Position numbers and translations under genes: made by a program. The notes under the pieces were generated by a model, which saw only the letters and a program-made list of their open reading frames with translations, searched no databases and was not told where the DNA came from. This document shows positions 52,861 through 64,000 of a stretch of 64,000 bases of DNA, one piece after another; within the stretch, counting starts at the first letter, position 1, and every line of letters begins with the position of its first letter. Source of the stretch: Lama glama (Eukaryota); contig CM052816.1 in the NCBI GenBank assembly GCA_028534125.1, positions 49,354,001-49,418,000 on the forward strand, in the 5' to 3' direction.

Positions 52861-55199
52861 CAGATGACTGGGCTCCTTCAAACTAACATATATTTTTCAG
52901 TTCTGTCTTATCACTAATAACCTTCTCTAAAATTTTTGAATTGCTAAGAGAATGTCCTTTCCCAAGAAAGGAATTGATTTCTGAATAGGCATTCTGAGGA
53001 GTTCTTGGAAGGGTATATGAGACAGGGAACTTTCTAGACCTTTCCAAAATAACAAATAGATGGGATTTTTAACCTTTTGTACCACTGGCCTTGGGCCATT
53101 CTGAGACAGTATGTTCCCAATGTGACCTCCCTCCATTGCCCCTTATCTGTCTACCCCTCTCCACTTCACACTTCATTGGTTCTGGGGTGCTTGCCTGATG
53201 CAAGCTGCTGAATTTGCAACTTACTGTTTTAAGTTTGACTCTGCTGAGCCCTTGAAATACAGGCTGTGTAAAAACTTCCCGTAGGACAGCCATAGGCAGG
53301 CCGTTTGTGAATAAAGCTAAAGGAGTCTGTCTAGAAAGAGTAAAAGGAGCAGATGAGAGGCGATTTAGCCTGAGAAGGGGCTGCAGAGGCATACATGAGA
53401 GAAAGATAAGATGTGAATGAATGGTCACTGCCTACCTCTTTGCCCAGGGAAGACCTAGCTTCTTTCTACTCTCTGGATGATGTGCTATGCACCTGCCAAG
53501 TATTTCTCCTTTTTTTGTTTGAGCTCCCTTGTGTTGCTACATTTTCTTGCAATCAAATAATATCTGCCTACAGCAACAGACCCTCACCTAACCTATTCAG
53601 CACTGATTCTCCATGCAAATGCCAAACCATTTATGAAAGATCAGTTAAAAATGAGCTCATGTCATTTAGTGATCAGAACACCTAATTATGAGCTAATAGC
53701 TATTCAAGTATATAAATTAATAAGCATTTCAACTCACAGCATTAGAGTTAAAAATTAAAACACATTGATTTCAGTATTTTTTTCTCTTCTATTTCCTGTT
53801 AATATTTCCCACTGAGAAACCAAAGCAGGTATGAGAGAAACACATTAGTGTTATTTACTAGGCGTTTAGCTGTGTTTAGGGGAAGAAAAAAAGGAATGCT
53901 TGCCTATTGAAATGTTCTTGGCTTTGTAAATATTTTTACAGAAAAACTTTGTTATAGACTTCTGAAGGTTATTTTGTTTATACCCAAAAATAATAAATGA
54001 GGATTTTTACTGTATAATTCAATGTTCTTTATTAAACAGTCATATAGTGCCCTGAATTTTACATTATAGTTAAATACATGAATGTATCAAATATTAATAT
54101 TCTCTTATGGTTCTATAAAAGATTGTGTCAACTTCTATTCTACCCAGGGATTTTTCCATTGCGTTAGGTATAAATATAAACTCAGAAAAAGTGGAATTTA
54201 TTGATGTATTACTAGAGTTATGGCAGTGACAGCTTGTCATATGCTTTGCAGAGAAAGTCATTAGCCAAATGGAAATTTAGGTCAGCTAATAGTTATGAAT
54301 GATATTTAGGGAATCACTGAAATTATTGAAACTGTGCTTCATATTTCATCATGCAAATGCCAAACTTGATTCCTCATTCATTTATTTACAGTCATGTTCC
54401 CAAACTTACCTGAATATGCAACCAGTGACGATCTATCATTTAATAAAGCTTTCCTCCCCCACAGTTCTGATTCTCAGCAATCAAGGTAAAACACTGCATC
54501 TCATGTCTTTAAATAAACTCTCACTCTCTGACATATACAAATAAATATTTATGCATATTAAGTATACATAAAGACATCTCACAGAGACTAAATAAATGGA
54601 AAGTTTAAGTGCTTATAACTTCTTTCCTCTCATGCCTTTGAAATAAAATGTATGATCTGTGCTGCATAAAAGGGGGAAGATACAAATAGCAGAATAGCCC
54701 AGATTGCCTCATAGCTTCGTTGGGGGGACCACTCAGTGAAGGGAGTTAGACAATTAAGAAAGAGAGATGAACTAGCATAGATGGGAGAAGAAGTTAGGAA
54801 AAATTAAATGGACAAAAAAGTAATTAATAGAAGTTTTGATGAGGGTTGTGTGCTATACTTTCTTCTATGTAATATTCTTTAAGAAAACCTGAATTAAAGA
54901 GTTCCTATAATCTTCAGGATTTTCAGAGTCAGAATGATTGTTCTTTTACATGTTTTCCTATGCTCAAATTAGCCTTGACTGAAGAAAAAGACCACCTTGT
55001 ATTCTTTGAGATACATGCATATTTATATGTATGTGTGTATATATATATATATATATACACACACACATTAATAGATTTGAATGCCTAGTATGTTAGAATA
55101 GTTTTATGTGCTTTGATTTTAAGAAAAAAGAATAATGAATAAAGTTATATGACTATTATTCTCTCAAAGTATAGCCTAGGATCAGTGCAAAGGCTTTCT

Positions 55200-56070
55200 G
55201 ATGATTTCAACCTGTCTGTAACTGATTTTCGCAAAATTCTGGCTTTTGGCTACTTTGTTTTCCATTAAAAAATGATACTGTTCTTCTCTTTTCCTCAGTT
55301 AATTCATTCCCACGGTCAGGTTCTCCAACTGTTTACTAATAATAGCCCGCAGCTTTATACTCTCAAGTTTAAGCTTCCAACTCTCCATGTACAACCTTTT
55401 ATCTTTCAGTTCACTCTCTCGAGTGTCCCGATTACAGTAATTCTCTGACTCCATCAAAACCTCCAGTTTATTGCTCCTACCATTTTTCCATTTTTCCTCA
55501 ACCCCAGTTTTCCTCAACCTGCTCCTTATCTGACTTGTCAAAACAAATCAGTCATTGTTACTCCTGTGTGTGGACCCTCTACATTGTCCTTTATTTCCCT
55601 CTGTTACATTTTCTGAGAAAAATCCCAACTCCGGTTTAACCTGACATTGTATCCCACAGCTGCTTGGAGAAATACCTACAAGCAGGCTCAAAGTCAGTTT
55701 ATGATAACAGACCTTAAATGGGTCTTTAGTACTTCCAGTCAGTCCTACTACCTTCTCCAGGATGAGTACTTAACACCTTCCTTCCTGTCTGCAAATTATC
55801 AACAGTCTTCTCCTACCATCCTCTCTACAGATGACCTTCATTCCTATTTTACTCAGCAAATGAAAGTGGTTAGAAGAGACATTCTCTTTATCCTCTTGCC
55901 ATCAGATTCAGTTCTTCACATGCAATACCTCTAATTCTTCCCTTAGCAGTAAGTTTTATGAAGGTCTTTTGCTCTGTTTCTTTTGTTCGTGTTGTTTCTT
56001 ACTCTGTCCCCAGCACCTAGAACAATGATGGGGATATAATAGCCCGTAAGTAACTGTTGAATGAATTCAG
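55200..56070 (+). mobile_element. L2 ORF2 and 3' fragments
   Basis: CT-rich L2 motifs (cagatgaccttcattcctattttac) and tail ccccagcacctagaaca...tgttgaatgaat. Confidence 0.65.
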
Positions 56071-59000
56071 TCTAAACTCTGAGGCCCTCTGCAACTATGA
56101 TACTGTCCTTCAATAGCTATTATTGTATTCTTTGTCTCAACTTTTTAGTACCTACAACAGTGCCAACATATAGTATATCTTTACCAAATTATCTCAGTAA
56201 CACTTGCTAATAGCAAATTTAATTATGTTCTGTCCATCTTTCTCGGATATTTTCTAATCATGGTTTAAGAGACTTGCAAAACCTAAAAGTTGATCTTCAA
56301 CCAAAAAAATTCAACAGAATGCATTCTATTAGAATTCTAACATAGCCAAGGTCAATAATTATGCTTATTTGTAATTGATTTTGAAGGAAGTGCTCCCTTT
56401 TCCAAAAGCTTTATTGTTTAATTTTATATCTACGAAACTGTAGGCTCACAAGAGACAAATAAAAACAAAAGCATACTAAATAAGTTCCATTAGAATCAAT
56501 CACTTTGGTCCCAAGGGGTCAGCTTACTCTTTGTAGAGTTCTTCTTACTTGCAAATAGACACGACTTTTTTTTCAGCTTTAAGAGGCACAAATGGAAGCT
56601 CATAAATCACAAAATTATCTGGATTCCCAAATTCAAGTTTGGGTCCATAACTCTGGGTGTTTTATAGTCTTTAAATTGTCATCTGTTTATGAACATCATA
56701 GCATAAGATTAAACTTTTGTAGTTGATTTCTCACTGTAGTAAACTTTCTCATCTCTACGCTTGGCAGTTTCTGACTCTGATTTCACTCTCTATTAAGTTC
56801 ATTGATGAAATAGCAGAAAAAGAACAATCTGCCAGACCATCTTAATGTTTATTGACAGAAATTGTTCAGATTTTACTCAATAACAATTTCTAATTTTCTT
56901 GTTTTCATCATCCATTTACAGTCTAAAATGTTACAGACAATTGACATCATGTTACTTTGCACATAAAAGAGGAAAGGTGTACATTCAATAAACATCTTAA
57001 ACCAAGACTCTTGGTTTAATTTACACATATACGTAAATGAAATCTCTGTGTTGAAAACAAAATGAGTTCTTGGAAACCATGTCAAAAACTCATATTCATA
57101 AATTGGCTCATATTTTCTTCATTAACAATATTGTGTTGGTAAGTTCTGTGTTTTCTCAAGGCCTTGACATAAATCACAGACATAACCAACAGTGGCAAAT
57201 AAAAACAAAGATAGGCCCCAGTCCTGCTGTCTAAGGCACGTAGAATTCATTTACATTTTCTTCCATATAATAGTTACTTTCATATTTGAAGGGCACTAAA
57301 ATGTACTGTCACCTGAATATTCTTTGCTCCAAATTAATAAAAATCCTCACATCCTTTCTATGCTGTTCTATCCTTTCATATGCTAAGATTTTATTCATCC
57401 CTGAAGATTCCAGACAGTATTGCTATCTTGTTAAAAATTTTTTACCTCCAAAAAGTAGAAAAGTAATAGTAGCCTCTGCTGTGCTTTTCATTGGTGCAAC
57501 CCTAGAGTAGACCTCAATTCCCCTCTGACTTGGTATTACAACTCGTGGTATCTTTGTGGCTGCCTTTAAGACAGAGACTTCCATCTCCTCATACTTTTTC
57601 AGGGCTTAGCAGGGAATGTAGGGCACACAGTCGGTACTTAGCAGTGTATTCTAAATGGAATCAAGTTAAATTCAAGTATATTCTAAAATCAATAAAACTG
57701 AAACATTGGCTTTAATAGGAAGAGACAACTCAGGTCTAGTTCTGACTTTTTTGCCTATGTGTAATATTTTGATAAGCTAGTCATAAATTAGCATTTTGGG
57801 CATTTGGATCATTTCCTTTTTATTTTTCCTAGGAACATACATTCATTCTTTGTAGATAAGATTAGAAATACAAATGAGCAAAAAGGAAAATAATAAAACC
57901 ATCTGAAATCCTACCACCCAAGGGTAACTGCAATTAACATTCTGTGTGTATCTTTCAGGTATTGTTCCCAGGGTACTTCCCCATGGGGTTCTCAAAGGAG
58001 AGAATAAGAGAAATGACAGACTAAGTTAAAATAGTTCAAGGCAAAGTGCTGTCAATTAGTCTGAAGCTACCATCTTGGTGATACACATGAAAAGAGGATT
58101 TAAAAAATTTAATTAGTATTTATTCCATCTTATCTCGTACCGATGTTTTCCATTGACCATATATACGCAGTAAAAAGAGTCAGCTCAAGACTCTAATTTA
58201 CTTTTATATTATTCTCACTATAATTCCAAAAGCCCAATTAGAAATATAGAATAATTTGTCTAAATGTCTTTAAATTTAAATTGTCCAGTTAATTTAGGTT
58301 TAATGTCCAGTACCATCAAGTAATATGTCATAAAATTAATCACACATTGATGTTTTCTATTTTTCGTTTTGGCAATTAGCATCTTATGTTATTTAAAGAA
58401 GAAAATTCAATAGAATTTAAAAGTGCATTAGAATTAAAAGTAATGAAAAACATTTAGGTAGTATTGCCTAAGATATTTAACTAGTATTTTTTAGGTATTG
58501 TATATATTTTACCTGCAATTTTAAATCTTGTCAGGACTCTAGAGTAAATATTACTTGGTGATTAATAAGATTGAATGCTATATATTTTAATACAGTCACT
58601 AATTTCTCCATTGATCCCTCTAGATAATATGTGGTGTAGTCAAGTGCTAATTTTTAAGAAACTTGCTCATACATAGAATATATGAAAATGCTTGCATACA
58701 ATTCAGATCTGTTAATGTGAAAGCTTTAAATTGTTTCAGATCACTTGACCAAGTTTCCCTGCTTTCCTCTGTAAATAATAGGCTTAATCTTCCACTGATC
58801 TTACGTCATATACTTATGTCCTGATCCACGGTTTTTATCTACCTCCTCTCTCACAGATATTCTAATGAGCATTGTTTTTCTAAAGGGAGAGCTACTTGCC
58901 TTGGAATGAATATTCAGAGTTCTCTCTTCCCTCATTGTCAAGTAGCAATAAATGATTCTCCTTGAAAGGAGAGAAAAGAAGATAATTAGGATTGCAAAGG

Positions 59001-59600
59001 ATTGAGGAGGGAATTTATGGTAAGAAAGTGGGTAGAGTAGGTTCCTATCAGGATTTAAAAGAAGTTGTTTAGAAAGAGAATAATTACAATGGTGGGATCA
59101 GGTTTGGGGGGAACCATGGCTAAACTGTCACCACTCCTAAGCCCTGGGGATAGGAGGATAGAATAGTTACAGGAACCCTTTTAGTTGAGGTGGGAGTTGG
59201 AAGAATGGATACTGTACTTGCATCCTCCCTTTACCCTCTAGTTTCCTCGTTGCCAGACCTAAGGGAGACCTGAAGCCTTGGGAAACCATTGAAGTAATAC
59301 ATTCACTGTGGAGAAGGATGAAGACTAGATCTGAAAGGCAAACAGAAAACAATTAGGGGAGTTAGTAAACATACAATTAAAAACGCTTGTCGCTAAAAAG
59401 TGAATTAAGATCAAGAAAAAATGGTTTCTGATTTTACTATAAGAGAAAGTAGTACATATTTTTGAATAAAAGAGATGTCATAAATTGAAGCAGATTGAAG
59501 AAAATGTGGAGAAAGAGAATAGTTGAGGAAACAAAACTTTAAAGTCAGGAACTGCCACATCAATGACAAACGAGTCCAAGATGATCAAGGCAATAGGGAA

Positions 59601-59610
59601 TATGTATGTA

Positions 59611-59643
<33 letters not shown>

Positions 59644-59645
59644 GT

Positions 59646-59676
<31 letters not shown>

Positions 59677-59698
59677 CGTATACATATTATATATATTT
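59601..59698. repeat. Compound microsatellite (TG)n-(TA)n-(CA)n
   Basis: Directly visible in the sequence; the TG and CA arms are mutually complementary. Confidence 0.95.
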
Positions 59699-60292
59699 AG
59701 TGTCAACCTTTAACAAAACTCAGCGATAACTTCCACTGCACTTTATATAAACATAATAAACCCTCTCTCTGTCCATTCCCAATTTCTTTCTTGTATTAAA
59801 CTACTTATGAAAGCAGGTTGTCTCCTTGATGGAACAATTTAAAGTGAGATTTGTATGTTTAATTCAGCAAATATATTGAACAACTATTATATATAAGACA
59901 ATGATGTGTAACACAAGAATAAATAGAGCAGGTCCCTGATCTCTAGGGTTAAAAATAACCTAAAGGAATACAACATGTAAAACCATTAGAATTTAAATTA
60001 CTCTGTGTAAGCACAGTATGGTAAGAGGAAAGTCTTTAGGAGACTACATAGAACAGAGAGTAATGAATTTTGAAGAAGACAATGAAAAAGGTCTCATAGA
60101 GAAAGTTCTATCTGAGATGTGCTTTTAAAAACAGTTAAGATTTCAACTGGTAGTGAACAGCGTAAACACATTGTAGACAAAGGGAATAAGTAGCAAAGAA
60201 CAAGCAAAAGTAAGGAAATGTGATAATGGATGTTTAGTGTAGGAATGGTGAGAAAGTTCAGTGCAATGAGCATGGGGTGCATAGCCAGAGGA

Positions 60293-60790
60293 TGTGGCAT
60301 ATAGCCCTCATTTCCTATTTAATCTCCATTTCTTTGTTTCTTTACTAACAGGACTGATTTATTCATGGAAGAAATATCCCCAAACTAGTAGTAAGATTTG
60401 CCAGCGACTTTGCAGTAGTACAGGTGTCCACGTAATTAAGTTCTAGTTGAATTTTTGGGTAAGCTAGAGGCAAGGATTTTTTTCAAAGATGGATGATGTC
60501 ATTTAGGCACTTTTTGACCTTTGCCTTTTCCTTTCCTCCTTCCTGGAATGCAAATATGAAGGGTAGAACTTTAGCTGCTCTCTTATGACCATGAGGTAAT
60601 AGGTATATCCTACAGAAGGCTAACTGTAAGAACCGAAGAATCCTAAGTCCTGATTGTACAGTGGACTTACACCACTCCCTGACCCCATGCTGTATTTCTG
60701 TATATTCTTTGGAAAGAGAATTCCTTGTCTTGGTTGGCTACTTTTTTGTAGATCTCTGTTCTCACAACTGAATGTAACTTTTAACTGATA
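60293..60790 (+). mobile_element. Old MaLR LTR (MLT1J-like) inserted in an antisense L2
   Basis: cctccttcctggaatgcaaatatga...cttatgaccatgagg..., ending tctgttctcacaactgaatgtaacttttaactgata. Confidence 0.65.
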
Positions 60791-62719
60791 AATATAGAGA
60801 TCAGGTTGAAAAGATGCCAGTTATAGTGAGCTCATACTGTGCCTAACTCAGTTCCTTCTACATTATAAACTAATTAATGATATTTCAAATTGTATTTATC
60901 ACATGAATGAATTAATACAACAGTTAATGAATTAATTAATCTATAGGGGTGGTCCCTCCCACAAAACCTTAGTGCCATAGGTAGAAAAAAGAATAAGAAA
61001 AATCATTCTGATACCTTAAAAGAGGTTGTAGTGAATAAAGAGGTGAATATGTTTAAGGTGGGTTTAATTCACTCCACAAGAACTATATTAAGTGAATATA
61101 GTTATTCTTGAGTTATTCTTTTAAGATGAATAGTGGGGAGGGAAACTGCTACATTCTAGGTATTTACGTGATAGCAGCTAGATAAGACACTGGTCTGATC
61201 TTGAATGACATTAAATGCTTTTATGATATGTTATTAAGATGATGATTCCTCCCATTTTTAAAGTCCTCTAACCTTCCCTTGTTAAAACTTACTCCAAAGT
61301 TTAACAGCTCACACTGTCAGGAATGTTTTCTTTGTGTCTAACTGACATCTTGCACTTTTTAGAGGACACAGAGAAAAATATGCACCTGTTTGCTGAATAA
61401 AAATCCTAACAAAGAACAAAGTTACAGCTCTTAGGAAAAACAGCTAAAAATTATGATGTGACTAAGAAAATTATTTATCCCAAATATTTTTTAAAAACAT
61501 AGCAAATGATTGGAAGTCAGTCACCTTAAAAATCAGTTGAAACAGCGTCACTCTATGATCTTGTATCATTGTTACTGAATTCTTATGCAGAAAGTACTGT
61601 TACATACTAACATAATCCAATTAAGCATCTATCAACTGTCTAAAATGGATATGTGGAATATTAAGTAAAAAACTGATCTTTACTAATGTAATCATAGAAC
61701 TTCATACTGACATCTTTTAAAAATACACTGAAATAAACATCATTATGCTTATATATGTACATATATACTACATATAAAGATATACATGTATAATGTAAAC
61801 TAAGTTATTTACATAGGAAATATATATTAAATGCCTTCAAGTAGACTTTACTGGCTTGTATGGTTGCTATAAAGAGAAAACAGTTGTAATTCAATACAGT
61901 TATTTGTATAGTTGGAGCAATTTCATAAAACACTGAAATATATCTGAGAAGTCAAGAGACCATATCTGCAAATGTAGTGTATTGTGAAATGATAACTAAT
62001 TTTCCTTGTAAGAATGGGAGGCTAATGTACTCTGCACAAATATTGCATGATACATTTTCACTAAATAAAATATTTAAAGCACTCAGGACAGAGCCTGGTC
62101 TGAAGTTGTTACTAAAAATTATGTGTTAATTGCACTTTCCATTAGTGTCCCCACACATTTCCAGTTACAAATAGCAAGTGATGTTAATGCTTTATCTTTT
62201 TAAAACATGTCTTTTGTCATTCCACTTCTGTAATCAAGAGCTTATTTGCTCATTTATTTTTTGTTCTCAAAAAGTGTTGGGCCAGACCCCACGACTCTCC
62301 ATATTCTGCTCTTCCCCAGCTATCTAAACATTACCTCTACTTTGTCTCGTATTTGCCCTTCAATCCTGTCTTCATGAATGCCACATTCATTTACACTTCT
62401 CAACAATTACTCCTGCTATTTCTGATACCTGAAATGCTTTCCATCTATAAAATTCACTTATCAGGTCTTACTGTTAATCTTGCCAGTCACAGTTTCTACA
62501 ACTGTGTTACTACCTTTATTAAATATCACATTCTGCACAAACTCTTCCATCTTGGGCTCAGTGTTTTACTTGGAATTACCACCATAAAACCTAATATTTT
62601 ATTGATTATTAAATACATTAAAAGGATTTGAGATGAAGAGAAAAACAGATGAAACGGTAACATATTTCCCAGTATGATTTTTAAAGTTTTCACGAATAGA
62701 AGGAAATAGATGAGACCCT

Positions 62720-63800
62720 AGGTCATTCATTCAGATTTAGCAAACATTAATTGAGTACTAATTTGTGCCAGTCACTATTCCAGATCCTTGAGATTAAAAT
62801 AGTTTTCATGGCAGGGAGATGAGGTGGGGAAGAAGATTCCTATGTGTGTGTGATTTATGTTTGTAAATCTTATGTCTAATGAGAGGAGAGAAGTATTTAC
62901 TAGTATGTATCAGAATGAGTAGATCATCTAGTAAATTACAAAGGAGAAGTAGTATGATGGAGGAAAAAAGGAGCAAAGTAGGGTATGGGAAACCGTATCC
63001 TGGTTGAGAAGTTTGAGCATTGAGTGGGAATTATTTACAAAGTATGGATAGAATAAACAACTCTTTTAAGGAACTGGACTATAGAAGCAAAGAGATAGGA
63101 CACTAGTCAGAAAGGAGGGCAAATCTCAAGAGAATATATTAGTTGTTAATTTAAGTTGGGAAATAACTGAACATATGGGCTACTTTCAGTTGTCAGTGGG
63201 AAGCAGAGACAGGAGAACAGGATGATTAGTTGCACAGTGAGCAAAGAATATAATGGGAGCTGACCACATGAGAAAAAACAGCTATTTGGGATTGCTTTGT
63301 GATAAACAGAGTGTGAGTTTCCCCCCTCGATTTGATCTCATCAATATGTTGTTCATGTGCCTGGAAATTCTATATTTTTTCTCCTTTATTATGTTATAAA
63401 AGGTTAGTATAAGATAAATGAAGGAAATGAGTCTGTACAACATTATTGGGGTCTGTTGGTTTCAGAGAACTTGTTAAAGTAATGGGGAGCTACAAGGACA
63501 CCTGAATATTTTTTTTTCCAAAGCGAGGATTTTGAACACTTAAAAGCCTAGAAAATGTGAGATAAATTGGGAGGCAAAACCAAATTCACTGTGCAGAACA
63601 ATGTGAATGAAAGTTTTCCTATAATGAAACAGAGTGAGGCTTGCATTGAGGCGGTGATTGGGAATCATGACAAATGTTTCTTTAAAAATATTTTAATAAA
63701 TTCTTCAACTATGGTGAGGAATTAAGGTCCACTGAAACCTTAATAGCGGAATAGATGAACAACTTCACATATTGTTGAAAGATGCATTAGCAATGAATAT
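62720..63800 (-). mobile_element. L2 fragments
   Basis: tcattcattcagatttagcaaacattaattgagtactaatttgtgccag, then an AG-rich L2 antisense body. Confidence 0.6.
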
Positions 63801-64000
63801 TTTTGCAGTTTGATTGGAAAATTAGAATTAGTGAATATGTTCATTTCTTTCTGAAATATGAAAGAAGGCTTGCATCTGTATAATTTTAAAAAGAAAACCT
63901 GCCTTTTTCTTTTTAAGGGGGGGATTGAGAATACACTGTTAACTTGAAAAATTCAGAACTAGCATGAAAAAGACTTCATTGTATTATATTTGTTGCAGTG

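Noticed and set aside
1..64000. CRISPR arrays, operons, rRNA/tRNA genes, CpG island
   Set aside because: None seen. The only B-box-like motif noticed belongs to a truncated SINE, and CpG is depleted throughout.

Overview
AT-rich, CpG-poor mammalian nuclear DNA. It is most likely camelid (Camelus/Vicugna), inferred from the young L1 3' ends and a tRNA-SINE fragment, with no Alu, BovB/Bov-tA, PRE1 or SINEC elements recognised. Much of the window is interspersed repeats: L1 of several ages, L2, MIR, ERVL/MaLR LTRs and one Tigger MITE. Almost all ORFs in the supplied track are spurious or repeat-derived. No rRNA, tRNA or CRISPR features were seen. Two gene-like signals remain, and I cannot name either. 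The first is the probable 3' end of a spliced + strand gene at 1-1161. The second is a convergent - strand chain of splice-bounded segments (about 15.8 kb down to 5.3 kb) whose reading frame stays in phase across junctions but has one premature stop, making it a candidate unitary pseudogene or lncRNA. Repeat names come from remembered consensus motifs, not a database search, and repeat boundaries are approximate. I found no convincing novel biological system.
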